Numbered from the whole stretch's first letter, positions 1 to 9,814 are shown. The stretch is 63,977 bases of DNA, filler included, from Candidatus Rokuibacteriota bacterium (GCA_031406795.1; 7 parts of 7 records of this genome joined end to end with filler, not necessarily neighbours in it); one strand, 5' to 3'. Notes: a model not told the origin generated them from the sequence alone. Numbers and translations: made by a program.

Positions 1-1
1 G

Positions 2-202
2 ATGTTCCTGCTCTCCGAGTCCTGCACCGGCCACACCAACGGCGAGACGGTCGCCGAGATCACCGTGGCCACCTGTTGGGACGCCGACCGGTTGGACCTT
101 GCGCGTGTCGGCAAGATACCCCGCCCGGAGCGTCTCTGCACAGCTGCCGCCCGCGACCCCGTGATCATCGCTTGGGCCTGTAGCAGGAGCCAGGGTCGAT
201 GA
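2..202 (+). CDS. HD-domain phosphohydrolase-like protein, C-terminal part (5' truncated by window edge)
   Basis: TCWDADRLDLARVG matches the DADRLD motif at the end of HD domains. Confidence 0.7.
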   Translation: MFLLSESCTGHTNGETVAEITVATCWDADRLDLARVGKIPRPERLCTAAARDPVIIAWACSRSQGR

Positions 203-325
203 TGGTCAGCGACATCATGGCCGGCTAAGCCTTGTACAACGTGCAGTCGCATCCACAGCAGCCGTGGTGCATCGAAACAAAAATGTTCAGGCCGCGAAGC
301 AATCATCGACGAAAGGAAACCGATC

Positions 326-490
326 ATGTGGCGATGCCAAGGACATAACTGCGGGTACACTTACGATCCAGCCAAGGGGGATAAACGGGGTAAAATCCCG
401 CCCGGGGTCGCCTTCGAGGACCTCCCTGAGAATTGGAAGTGCCCATGCTGCGGTGCCAGCAAGAAGATGTTCAAGAAGATCGACGGCTGA
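326..490 (+). CDS. Rubredoxin, 54 aa (absent from the ORF track)
   Basis: Manual translation [71 protein letters not shown] signature; AAGGA RBS upstream. Confidence 0.93.
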   Translation: MWRCQGHNCGYTYDPAKGDKRGKIPPGVAFEDLPENWKCPCCGASKKMFKKIDG

Positions 491-574
491 TTTCTCCGTC
501 CTCGTCAGCGGTAGTCGCCCGCGCCCCCGTCGCTCACCCCGGCGGGTCCTTCACCCTGACCGGGTGGGGCAGCT

Positions 575-793
575 TCACCTTACGGCCGCAATCAATCCCA
601 CGAACGCACCGAGCAGCACCATGACCATGGGCTGGCAGGTGATCGCTCAGCCGCTGCCGGCATAACGCGAGAGGAGAGAAACCGTCAAACCAATAGCCGC
701 ACCTGCAGATATGCCAACGACCGCCTTGAGCACAACCTTTGGCTTGTTGTTCATATTGTTTGATAGGATGCGAGGTAGGACTCGACGTTTCAT
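575..793 (-). CDS. Putative small two-TM selenoprotein with UxxxC motif (start 793 or 754; UGA at 649-647)
   Basis: Manual translation (MKRRVLPRILSNN)MNNKPKVVLKAVVGISAGAAIGLTVSLLSRYAGSG-U-AITCQPMVMVLLGAFVGLIAAVR*; hydrophobic helices either side of the UGA; hairpin directly downstream; GGGGAG RBS before ATG 793. Confidence 0.62.
607..646 (-). promoter_or_regulatory. Candidate bacterial SECIS of the small membrane selenoprotein
   Basis: CACC..CAGC-CCAT-[GGTC]-ATGG-T-GCTG..GGTG; apical loop begins with G at +21 from UGA. Confidence 0.55.
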
Positions 794-907
794 CCGGGCA
801 CGGCTCCCCCATCCAGATGATCTTGAGGGACGCGCACCTCTCCCAGCCTCACATCAACGCTCATCCGGACCATGAAGCCTAACTGCTTGTTTTTCCTTCG
901 AAAGAAC

Positions 908-984
<77 letters not shown>

Positions 985-1067
985 TTTTCAGCGATTCTCG
1001 GCTGATTGTACACGCTTCAACGCACCGGACCTACCCCAGCGGCGGTGCAGGCGCGAAGCGGTCTCGT

Positions 1068-1706
1068 TCAGAAGGCATACGCAAGCGACACCAACGCTGA
1101 AACGTCCCCCGTGTCGAAGAACCATTCCACGCCGATCCCGGCAAGTAGCAACTCGTTCAACCAGCCATTCAGCGACAAGCCCGCCGACAGATCGCCGCCG
1201 TACGCCTTCTTGAAGCTTTCGTGATAGGTCGCACCAAGAAGCAGGGAAATATTCCTGCGAACATTGATCTCGGCGCCACCGCCAAATTGAAACATGAGGT
1301 GCTCGTCGGCGAAGGTGGGTCTGCCGTCGACGATCGTGTCGGCCAAGGCGTTCGAGACCCCAACCCTCAGGAAAGGGTCTGCCGTCCGCCTCGGCAAGAC
1401 GTGGCAGGTGAGGCCGATCCCGTATTCGGAGCTCTTGAATTTCACGTGCCTTGCTCCATGGGTGTCGGGTTCGTCGCCCTCCAGCATCGCCTGCTGATGA
1501 AAGGCGTCGAGATCGAAGTTCTTGTTGACCGGAAGACGGACCCTGGCGCTGAAGTCCAGACTGTTCCGATCGATGGTGACATCGCCCACCCAGGTCGTGC
1601 CGATGCCGATGCCGAAATGGCGTCTGCCCAGCGATTCCGCGCCGGCGGGTGAAACGACGACGAACCCCGAGAGCAATGCTGCAAGGACGGCTGCTTTTCT
1701 CTTCAT
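1068..1706 (-). CDS. Outer-membrane beta-barrel protein (OmpA/OmpW-like 8-strand barrel)
   Basis: Signal peptide, alternating amphipathic strands, DPFLRVGV and FQFGGGAE motifs, C-terminal aromatic YAF. Confidence 0.75.
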   Translation of the reverse strand: MKRKAAVLAALLSGFVVVSPAGAESLGRRHFGIGIGTTWVGDVTIDRNSLDFSARVRLPVNKNFDLDAFHQQAMLEGDEPDTHGARHVKFKSSEYGIGLTCHVLPRRTADPFLRVGVSNALADTIVDGRPTFADEHLMFQFGGGAEINVRRNISLLLGATYHESFKKAYGGDLSAGLSLNGWLNELLLAGIGVEWFFDTGDVSALVSLAYAF

Positions 1707-1760
1707 TGCCGTTCGCCTGCCCCGGCGGTGACGGACCCGCCGGTGCTGCGTGTTCTCCCG

Positions 1761-1964
1761 TCAGTTATCTTCCGGCTCCGGCGCCAGCTTGTAGCGGGTG
1801 ATGATTTCCTGCGCCAGCATCGCCGTCCCCTGCCGCATCATCACCTGCTCGCGCTGTTCCGCATCGAGGTTCTCGGGTTCGAGCTTCTCGTTCGCCACGC
1901 GCACGGCGAGTTTGACGTAGGTGAGATACTGGTAGAGCGACTCGCGCGAGAGTTCTTCGGTCAT
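1761..1964 (-). CDS. Small helical hypothetical protein, 67 aa
   Basis: GAGGAG RBS, protein-like composition, GC3-biased codons. Confidence 0.7.
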   Translation of the reverse strand: MTEELSRESLYQYLTYVKLAVRVANEKLEPENLDAEQREQVMMRQGTAMLAQEIITRYKLAPEPEDN

Positions 1965-2156
1965 TTCCGGCTCCTCTGTAAGTTGTCCCGATAGTGAACG
2001 AGGAAGCGGCGGGAGTCAATTCCGGCAACCTCCCGTCGTCGGAGGGCGCGCCGCGCCCGGCTTTTGTCAATTCCGGCGAGTTGGGGTAAATTCGCAGCGC
2101 CCGGCGAGCGGATGCTCCGGGGCGTGGCAACCGGAAAGAGGCGGGAGGAGTTCGAC

Positions 2157-3818
2157 GTGACGGTCGGCGGTGCGGCGCGGGCGAGGAGCCTGCTGGAATC
2201 CGGCCGCTACAAGGAGGCGGGAGAGCTGTTCGTCGCCGCGGGCGAGTTGGCCTCGGCGGCCCGCTCCTTCGTGGGCGCGAAGGATTACTTCCGGGCGGCG
2301 GTCTGCTACGAGAAGGCGCGCAAACCGCTGGACGCGGCGCGGCTCTACCAGCAAATCCGTCACTGGAGCAAGGCCGCCGAGTTGTACGCCGTGGCGGGCG
2401 ACACGCTCCGGGCGGAATTCGCCCGGGAACAGCTGGAGAAGGAGCAGGAGGGGCTGGGGCACTCCCGCACTCCGGCCACGGCCTGGGCCCACACGCCCCT
2501 CAGCACCGCGGCGTCGCACGCGGCTCCGGCGGCCGCCGCGCCGTCGCCCGCCTCGCAGCGGGGCCCCGAGGTGACGTGGCCGACCGGGGAACTCTGGCGG
2601 GCGATCCGTGACGGCGACACCGGCGCCGCCGTCGAGCGCTACCTTCACGGTGGCCGCTCGGGCTGGGAGCTCATCGCCGAGGCCGGGTCCGGCGAGGTGC
2701 TCAAGGCGCTCGCGGAAACCCTGCTCCAGGCGCGCGACCACGCGGTGGCCGCCGAGGCGTTCCACAAGGCCGGGGAGCTGCTGCGATCCGCCCAGTGCCT
2801 GAGCCTCGCCGGCGTCAACGAGGAAGCGGCGCACCTCTTCTACAATCTCGGGCAGAAAGCGCTGGCCGCCCAGCACTTCGAGAAGGCCCAGGCCTGGGAG
2901 CAGGCCGCCGCCGTCTATCTGCAGGAATCGCTGTTCCTGGACGCGGCGCGCTGCCACGAGAAGGACGACGACCCGGTGCGCGCCGCCGCGATGTACCTCA
3001 AGGCGCGCAAGCTCGACCTCGCGCTGCCGCTGCTGCAGTCGGTGCCGCCGACGCACCGCGGCTACGCGGCCTGCCGGCTGCTGGCGGGCAAGATCCTCTT
3101 CCAGAAGGGCCAGAAGGAGCTTGCCGTCTCCCTGCTCTCGCCCCTGCTCGAGTCCCCTCCCCGGACCGAGGAGGACCTCGAGTCGTACTATCAGGCCGCC
3201 ACGCTGATGGAGATGGGCGGCGCCACCGAGCGGGCGCGGGACGCCTATCTGCTGCTTCAGGAAACCCGTTTCGGCTACAAGGACGTCACCGAACGCCTGC
3301 AGCGGGGGCCGTCGGCCGAGCCCCCCGGCGCTCCCCTGGCCGCCCCGGCGCCGTCGGAGGGCGCCGCCCCGCCGCCGGCGATGGACCTCGCGCCGCTGCG
3401 CGACTGCAGCCTCTTCAACCGGTTGGGCAACGAGGAACTCCGGCGCCTCTGGACGATCGGCAGGACGGGAGAGTGCAAGCCGGGCAAGGTGATCCTGAAG
3501 GCGGGCGAGGTTGCGGCGGGCCTGATGGTGGTGCTCTCGGGGGGGATCACGATCACCCCCGACCCGGCGAACCCGATCATGGCCTCGGGCTTCCTGGGGC
3601 CGGGGGACTACGTGGGGTTGGGCAGCCTGTTCAACGGGCCGCCGCTGGCCAACGCGCTGGTCGCGCAGAAGGGCACCCGCCTGCTCGTGCTGCCGCCGGA
3701 GCCGCTGGAAGCCCTGCTGACGGCGGAGCCGGAACTGGGAGCGCGCTTCTACCGCTCCGTCGCGGAACACCTCGTCCAGACGCTGATGGCCGGGAAGTCG
3801 AGCCCGACCCGGACGTAG
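2157..3818 (+). CDS. TPR/SNAP-like helical-repeat protein with C-terminal cyclic-nucleotide-binding-like domain
   Basis: Repeated AA..Y.KA helices; LRDCSLFNRL...GKVILKAGE...LGPGDYVG cNMP-domain pattern; GTG start chosen by GGAGGAG RBS. Confidence 0.75.
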   Translation: MTVGGAARARSLLESGRYKEAGELFVAAGELASAARSFVGAKDYFRAAVCYEKARKPLDAARLYQQIRHWSKAAELYAVAGDTLRAEFAREQLEKEQEGLGHSRTPATAWAHTPLSTAASHAAPAAAAPSPASQRGPEVTWPTGELWRAIRDGDTGAAVERYLHGGRSGWELIAEAGSGEVLKALAETLLQARDHAVAAEAFHKAGELLRSAQCLSLAGVNEEAAHLFYNLGQKALAAQHFEKAQAWEQAAAVYLQESLFLDAARCHEKDDDPVRAAAMYLKARKLDLALPLLQSVPPTHRGYAACRLLAGKILFQKGQKELAVSLLSPLLESPPRTEEDLESYYQAATLMEMGGATERARDAYLLLQETRFGYKDVTERLQRGPSAEPPGAPLAAPAPSEGAAPPPAMDLAPLRDCSLFNRLGNEELRRLWTIGRTGECKPGKVILKAGEVAAGLMVVLSGGITITPDPANPIMASGFLGPGDYVGLGSLFNGPPLANALVAQKGTRLLVLPPEPLEALLTAEPELGARFYRSVAEHLVQTLMAGKSSPTRT

Positions 3819-3866
3819 CCGGGAGGCGGCCGGGACTCAGCCGCGAGAACCGGGGGCGGGAAGAAC

Positions 3867-3933
<67 letters not shown>

Positions 3934-3943
<10 letters not shown>

Positions 3944-4542
3944 ACATCCGTGCCGAGCAATCGTACCATCTTCGGGGCCAGGAGCCGCAACGCGCGCCCC
4001 CGGTGGCTGACGGCGGCCTTCTGCGCCGGGTCCAGTTCGGCCATCGTCCGTCCGTCGGGGAGCAGGAAGACCGGGTCGTAGCCGAAGCCCCCCGTGCCCC
4101 GCGGCGCCAGGGCGATCGCCCCTTCGCAGGCGCCTTCCGCGGACTCCTCGCGCCCGTCCGGCAGGGCGAACACCGCCGCGCAGACGAAGCGGGCGGCGCG
4201 CTGTCCCGGCGGGACGTGCGCCAGCTCGTCCAGGAGCTTCTCGCACCGGGCGCGATCGTCGCCCGCGGCGTAGCGCGCCGAGAAGATGCCCGGCGCGCCC
4301 CCGAGCGCGTCGACCGCGAGCCCCGAGTCCTCGCCGAGCGTCGGCAGCCCGGAGCCGGCCGCACCCGCCCGGGCCTTGATCCGCGCGTTTTCGACAAAGG
4401 TCGTCCCCGTCTCCTCGGGCGAGAGCAGCCCGGGGAAATCGTCGAACGTCAGCACCTCGAAGCGCGCGCCGGTCAGATCGCCGAGGATCGCGGCCAGCTC
4501 CGCGGCTTTCTTGCGGTTGCCCGAGGCCAACAGAAGCCGCAT
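3934..4542 (-). CDS. rdgB: Non-canonical purine NTP pyrophosphatase (Ham1 family)
   Basis: ASGNRKK, ETGTTFVENA..KA, EDSGL, GFGYDPVF, SHRGRA motifs; directly after rph. Confidence 0.95.
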
Positions 4543-4554
4543 CGGCGCCCCGCG

Positions 4555-5292
4555 CTACTTCTTGCCGATGACGATGGAACCGAGCGCCTCGGCCTGCAGC
4601 GCGATCAGGTCGTGGATGCCGCCGCGCGCCGCCGCGCCCAGTTCCTCGAGCCGGTGCCAGGAGAAGGGGGCGCCCTCGGCCGTGCCCTGGATCTCGACGA
4701 GTTTGCCGCCGCCGGTCATCACGACGTTCATGTCGACCTCGGCGCGCGAGTCCTCCTGGTAGCACAGATCCAGCAGCACCGCGCCGTCCACCACGCCGAC
4801 GCTCACCGCCGCGACGTGCTCGATCAGCGGCACGCGGGCGATCTTGCCGGCGGCGCGCAGCTTCTCGAAGGCCAGCGCGAGCGCGACGAAGGCGCCGGTG
4901 ATCGACGCGGTGCGCGTGCCGCCGTCGGCCTCGAGCACGTCGCAGTCGACCCAGACGGTGCGCTCGCCGAAGGCGCCGGTGTCCGTCACGGCGCGCAGCG
5001 AGCGGCCGATCAGCCGCTGGATCTCGTGGGTGCGCCCGCCGATCTTCCCCGCGCTCGACTCGCGCTGCATGCGCGTGTTGGTCGCGCGCGGCAGCATCGA
5101 GTACTCGGCCGTGACCCAGCCCTTGCCGGTGTTGCGCAGGAAAGGGGGCACTTTCTCTTCGATGCTCGCCGCGCACAGGACCGTCGTGCCCCCCACGCTG
5201 ATCAGGGCCGAGCCCTCCGCATTGCGCTGGAACCCCGTCTGGATCTTCACGGGGCGCAGCCCGCTCGGTTCGCGTCCGTCACATCGCTTCAT
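4555..5292 (-). CDS. rph: Ribonuclease PH
   Basis: [41 protein letters not shown]; start at ATG 5292 with GAGGAG RBS. Confidence 0.97.
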   Translation of the reverse strand: MKRCDGREPSGLRPVKIQTGFQRNAEGSALISVGGTTVLCAASIEEKVPPFLRNTGKGWVTAEYSMLPRATNTRMQRESSAGKIGGRTHEIQRLIGRSLRAVTDTGAFGERTVWVDCDVLEADGGTRTASITGAFVALALAFEKLRAAGKIARVPLIEHVAAVSVGVVDGAVLLDLCYQEDSRAEVDMNVVMTGGGKLVEIQGTAEGAPFSWHRLEELGAAARGGIHDLIALQAEALGSIVIGKK

Positions 5293-5432
5293 GTCCACTC
5301 CTCGTTGTCGGTAGGCGCGCATGATACCCCATCGCTGCGGGCGAGGAAACCGGCCCACGCGCGGACTGCCCGCCGGATTGACTTTCGCCCGCGTCGGCGG
5401 TAGAGCTTGCCCATGCCCTCGCCGGAGATCCC

Positions 5433-6146
5433 GTGGTTCGGCGCGCCGCGCTGAAGAAGCTCCGGCGGTGGCTCCTGCGCGCCGCCCTCGTGCTGGCGGC
5501 CCTGCTGGCGCTCTATGAGGGCGCGATCTTCACGCGGATCCTCTGGTGGCGCACGCACAACCCGACGGACACCGCCTTCATGCGCGCCCGGCTGGGCGAG
5601 CTGCGCAAGAAGGACCCGCGGGCGACGCTGACCCAGGTCTGGGTGCCCTACGAGCGCATCTCGCCGCAGCTCAAGCGCGCCGTCGTGGCCGCCGAGGACG
5701 CCAAGTTCCTGGCGCACGAAGGCTTCGACTGGGAGGGGATCCAGGAGGCCTACGAGAAGAACACCCGGCGCGGCCGGGTCGTGGCGGGCGGCTCGACGAT
5801 CAGCCAGCAGCTCGCGAAGAACCTCTTTCTCTCCCGGGCGCGCACGCCCTGGCGCAAGGGCGAGGAGGCGCTGATCACGGTGATGCTCGAAACCGCGCTC
5901 GAGAAGCGGCGTATTCTCGAGCTGTACCTGAACCTGATCGAATGGGGCGAGCGCACCTTCGGCGCGGAGGCGGCCGCGCGCCGGCACTTCGGCGTCGGCG
6001 CCGCGGATCTCGACACCGGGCAGGCCGCGCGCCTGGCGGCGATGGTGCCGAACCCCCGGTACTACGAGCGGCGCGGGGTGACGCCGTTTCTGGCGCGCCA
6101 GAGCGCGGTCATCCGCGCCCGCATGCCCCAGGTGCGCGTCCCGTGA
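5433..6146 (+). CDS. mtgA: Monofunctional peptidoglycan transglycosylase
   Basis: [47 protein letters not shown]. Confidence 0.93.
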   Translation: MVRRAALKKLRRWLLRAALVLAALLALYEGAIFTRILWWRTHNPTDTAFMRARLGELRKKDPRATLTQVWVPYERISPQLKRAVVAAEDAKFLAHEGFDWEGIQEAYEKNTRRGRVVAGGSTISQQLAKNLFLSRARTPWRKGEEALITVMLETALEKRRILELYLNLIEWGERTFGAEAAARRHFGVGAADLDTGQAARLAAMVPNPRYYERRGVTPFLARQSAVIRARMPQVRVP

Positions 6147-6214
6147 CGCCGGCCGCGGCGCGATCGCCGGGGAACTTGACATCCGAAGACCGGTCGCGAT
6201 CATAGCGGATTTAG

Positions 6215-7495
6215 ATGGTGACTCAGGGGACGCCGGAGCGGGAGCTTCGGGAACTGCGTTTCGTCGTCGGGGCGCGCAGCCGCGTCGGCCGCTACACGCA
6301 GCGGGCGTGGTGGCGCTCCACCATCCTCGAGGGCGTCGTGCTCGGCGTGTTCATCCTCAACGAGTACGTCGCGAAAAAGACCCTCGGCGCCGGCGACGCC
6401 ATCCTCACGGCGCTGGTCATCGGGCCGACCGCGGCGCTGCTCTTCTCCGCGTGGTGGTCCGGCCTGCTCGACCGCCGCGAGAAATCCTCGACGTTCCTGG
6501 TCTTCGGCATGCTCGGGCGCCTCTCGCTGCTCTTCGTGGCGCTTGCCGGCTCCGCCGGTTCCTTCACCGCCGTCATCGCCGCGGCGACCTTTCTCTTCGG
6601 CGCCATCGTGCCGGCGTCCAACGCGCTGCTCCAGCGCAACTTCACGACGAGCGAGCGCGGCCGCGTCATCGGCCTCGGGATCGCGCTGCAGGCGCTCACG
6701 GCGATCGCGGTCTCGCTGCTGGTGGGCCGCCTGTACGACTGGCAGCCGCAGGCCTACCGGGCCGTCTATCCGCTCGCCGCGGTCTGCGGCTTCTTCTCCT
6801 GCCTGAGCCTCGCGCGGGTGCGCTTCCGCTCGCGCCCCGGCGAACCGTCCGAGCGCAGACTCTTCGGCGCCGGCGTGGGCGGCGCACTGGCCGGCGCGCT
6901 GCGGCGCCCCTTCGGCGGCGCATTGATCCTGCTGCGCGACGACCGCGGCTTCCGGCGCTACGAGATGGGGTTCATGGCCTACGGGCTGGCCTGGATGATG
7001 CTGCAGCCAACGATTCCGGTCTTTCTCGTCGAGAAGCTGCAGGTGGCCTACGCCGAGGTGGCCAACGCGCGCGGGCTGATCTACTTCGCGATGATCGCCG
7101 CGCTCTCGCACCCCTTCGGGCGGTTGCTCGACCGCGTCGGCCCGATCCGGGTCTCCCGGATCGCGTTCACGATCCTGGCGTTCTTCCCGCTACTGCTCGC
7201 CGCCGCCACCGGCGTCCGGATGGCCTATCTGGCCTTTCTCGTCTACGGCTGCGGCATGGCCGCGGTGAACCTGGGCTGGACCACCGGGCCGATCCACTTC
7301 GCGCGCGATCGCGACTCGGCGGGATACATGGGCGCGCACGTCGCGCTGGTCGGGGTGCGCGCCATCGTCGGCGGCCCCTTCGGCATCTGGCTCTACCGGG
7401 CCAGCGGCTCGCCGACGGCGACCTTCGCGCTGGCCTCGGCGCTCTTCCTCACCGGCTCGCTGATCATGGCCAGCGCTAACCGTGACGGTCGCTGA
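6215..7495 (+). CDS. MFS transporter
   Basis: About 12 hydrophobic segments; GLLDRR and GRLLDRVG loop motifs. Confidence 0.85.
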   Translation: MVTQGTPERELRELRFVVGARSRVGRYTQRAWWRSTILEGVVLGVFILNEYVAKKTLGAGDAILTALVIGPTAALLFSAWWSGLLDRREKSSTFLVFGMLGRLSLLFVALAGSAGSFTAVIAAATFLFGAIVPASNALLQRNFTTSERGRVIGLGIALQALTAIAVSLLVGRLYDWQPQAYRAVYPLAAVCGFFSCLSLARVRFRSRPGEPSERRLFGAGVGGALAGALRRPFGGALILLRDDRGFRRYEMGFMAYGLAWMMLQPTIPVFLVEKLQVAYAEVANARGLIYFAMIAALSHPFGRLLDRVGPIRVSRIAFTILAFFPLLLAAATGVRMAYLAFLVYGCGMAAVNLGWTTGPIHFARDRDSAGYMGAHVALVGVRAIVGGPFGIWLYRASGSPTATFALASALFLTGSLIMASANRDGR

Positions 7496-7640
7496 AAAGG
7501 GCCCGCCTGCGGCGGTGGGCGCCTTGCCACCTGCGAGCTTTGCGAGTGGGTGGAAGCCTGCGACGGGCACCAGCCCGTCTCGGCATCTGTTCGTCGTCCG
7601 CCTTGCATCCGGACCCTTTTGATCGACCTCTCCGTTACCG
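7480..7640 (-). repeat. Structured dispersed repeat (MITE-like family A), copy 1
   Basis: Inverted ends GGTCGCTGAAAAGGG/CCCTTTTGATCGACC; core TGCAAGG..GAGACGGGC-TGGT-GCCCGTCGCA on minus strand; overlaps the MFS stop codon. Confidence 0.8.
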
Positions 7641-7670
7641 GAACTCCTTGGGGGCGCGGAAGGGAGTCCG

Positions 7671-7994
7671 TTATTCCCCCCGGCGGACTTTGGCCTTCCG
7701 GCTCTCGCCGCGCTCGCGCAGTCGCGCGATCTCGCCCCTGATCTCCTCTTCCGTCTTGCGCGCCGCCTCGGCGTCCCCGCTCGCGTGCGCGGCGCTCAGA
7801 CGCTCCCGCGACATGATCTCCTCTTCGGCGATCTTGGCCCGGGTTTCGGCCTCGATTTCGGCGATGGCCAGCTTCTGGTCGTGCGTCAGGGGCACGACGT
7901 CGCCCTGCTTCTGCTGCATCCGCTCCATGGCCAGTTCGAGCGCGCTCTTGATGCCGCCCGTCTTCTTCGCATCTTTTTTCGGATCCTTCGTCAT
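7671..7994 (-). CDS. Conserved-looking coiled-coil hypothetical protein
   Basis: IKSALELAMER N-terminus, charged helical body, GGAGGGG RBS. Confidence 0.75.
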   Translation of the reverse strand: MTKDPKKDAKKTGGIKSALELAMERMQQKQGDVVPLTHDQKLAIAEIEAETRAKIAEEEIMSRERLSAAHASGDAEAARKTEEEIRGEIARLRERGESRKAKVRRGE

Positions 7995-8129
7995 GTACCC
8001 CTCCCTCTGCACTGGACGACGGTCACACCCCGCGACCTCTACGGTGCATCCGGTGTCGGCACCTTGTCAAAGCCGGTTGGCGGGAACCGGATTAACCGGA
8101 ACGAGCAGAATGATCATGCACCCGACATC

Positions 8130-8266
8130 GGGCGGGGATCAACCCCGCCCCTACGACGATACCGTACGGGTGTAGGAGAGGGGTTCACGCGAGGGACCCT
8201 TTGCCCTTCGGCGCCAGCCGCCTACGACGATACCGTACGGGTGTAGGGGAGGGGTTCACCCCCTCC
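8130..8266. repeat. GTAG-type REP cluster with a 27-nt direct repeat
   Basis: GGGCGGGGATCAACCCCGCCCCTAC palindrome; CCTACGACGATACCGTACGGGTGTAGG at 8150 and 8221. Confidence 0.8.
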
Positions 8267-8297
8267 AGCGCATCGGACGGGCCTGTTCGACGGCCGG

Positions 8298-9356
8298 TCA
8301 ACCGTTGACGGTGATGCCCGGCGCGCCGGCCTCGACGCTCCCGACGATCGCCGCCCACGGCAACCCCGCCGCGTGCAGATCGCGCACGAGCTCACGCGCC
8401 TGCGCCTCCGGCAGCGCCGCGAGCAGCCCGCCCGAGGTCTGGGGATCGAACAGGACCTCCTCCTGTTCGCGGCGCAGCTTCACGGCCAGGCGCAGACGAT
8501 CGCCGCACAGCGCGCGGTTGCCGGCGTTGGAGCCGGTGCCCACGCCCGCGGCGTACATCTCCACGGCGCCCGGGTACAGCGGCAGCGCCGGGAAGGAGAG
8601 GACGATCCGGACCCCCGAGCCGACGGCCATCTCCTCGGCGTGCCCGGCGATCCCGAACCCGGTGATGTCGGTCAGCGCGTGAATCTCGTACTTGAGCGCC
8701 GCTTCGCACGCCGCCATGTTCAGTGCGGCGGTCACCGGCAGCACGTCGCGCTCCAGATTGGCGAAGGGATACTTCCCGGCGCGGCTGGCGTTGAAGAGCA
8801 CGCCGTTGCCGAGCGGCTTGGTCAGCACGAGCGCATCGCCCGGCCGCGCCCCGCAGTTGGCCAGCACGCGGTCGGGGTGTACCAGGCCGGTCACCGCCAG
8901 GCCGTATTTCGGCTCGGGGTCCTCCACCGAATGCCCGCCGGCGAGGCAGGCGCCGGCCTCCACGACCTTCTCGGCGCCCCCGCGCAGCAGATCGCGCAGC
9001 AGGCCGAGATCGAGTTCCTTCGCGGGAAAGTTCACGATGTTGAGCGCCATGATCGGCCGCCCGCCCATGGCCCAGACATCGGAGAGAGCATTGGCGGCGG
9101 CGATGCGCCCGAACCAGACCGCGTCGTCCACTACCGGCGTGATGTAATCCACCGTAGAGATGATGGCGATTTCGGGGCTGACCCGGTACACCGAGGCGTC
9201 GTCCGCCGTCTCGAAACCGACGAGCAGGTTCGGGTCGGCGCTGCGCGGCAGCCCGGCGAGCACCTCCGACAGCACGGCCGGAGGAAGTTTCGCCGCTCAA
9301 CCGCAGGTGCGCGAGGCACCCATCAAGGTCTTCTTCGACCCGAAAGGCTGCTGCAT
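8298..9356 (-). CDS. selD: Selenide, water dikinase, selenocysteine-containing (UGA at 9299-9297 = residue 20)
   Basis: MQQPFGSKKTLMGASRTCG-U-AAKLPP reads in frame into ETADDA, TVDYITPVVDD, AAANALSDVWAMGG, GGHS, TDITGFG, DPQTSGGLL; GGGAGGGG RBS. Confidence 0.95.
9255..9296 (-). promoter_or_regulatory. Candidate SECIS of selD
   Basis: GGCGA..CCTCCGGC-[CGTGCT]-GTCGGAGG..TCGCC directly 3' of the UGA. Confidence 0.7.
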
Positions 9357-9376
9357 GATCCCCTCCCGTGAGCGCG

Positions 9377-9814
9377 TCAGGCGGCCGGCGCGCGGTAGCG
9401 GCGGTGCTTGCGGCGAACCTTGCTCCCCGCCACGCGATAGTTTGTCTCGAAGAAACGCTCGAACTCCTCGACCGTGCTGAACTCGGCGACGTTGTCGCCC
9501 ACCTCGTCCGCGCGCTCGCAGGCGTCGGAGCCGTAGTTGCGGCAAAGCTGCGGCCGGAGCTCGTAGACGCCGCAGCCGCCGTCGGCGGCGATGTGCCGGC
9601 AAGGAGTCCCGACCTGGATCCACCAGTCCTCGTCCTTGTCGATGTAGATGCAGACACCCAGGTGCGAGAGATACCAGTGGATGAGATCGCGGTCGTCCTC
9701 GCCGCGCGGCGGTTCGAGGGCCACCGCGACGTAGCGGCAGCAGGTCGCGCCGCAGGCGTGACAGGGATGCCCGTGTGCGAGGCCCGCAGTTTCCGCCTTC
9801 GTGCTGTTCGCCAT
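9377..9814 (-). CDS. YkgJ-family cysteine-cluster (Zn/Fe-chelating) protein
   Basis: CHACGATCC...PCRH...CGVYELRPQLCRNY; likely co-transcribed with selD. Confidence 0.85.
   Translation of the reverse strand: MANSTKAETAGLAHGHPCHACGATCCRYVAVALEPPRGEDDRDLIHWYLSHLGVCIYIDKDEDWWIQVGTPCRHIAADGGCGVYELRPQLCRNYGSDACERADEVGDNVAEFSTVEEFERFFETNYRVAGSKVRRKHRRYRAPAA

Noticed and set aside
433-624. Plus-strand ORF with GGSFTLTGWGSFTLR, faintly like HU/IHF
   Set aside because: Overlaps the rubredoxin and the minus-strand membrane gene; the rest of the HU fold is absent
8150-8247. 27-nt direct repeat with a 44-nt spacer resembling a mini-CRISPR
   Set aside because: Only two copies, built from GTAG/CTAC REP ends, no cas genes; better explained as a REP cluster
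9297-9299. selD as a nonsense-mutated pseudogene, or UGA reassigned genome-wide
   Set aside because: UGA sits at the catalytic Cys/Sec position with a hairpin, and many conserved genes here (rubredoxin, mtgA, queD, guaA) end normally at TGA
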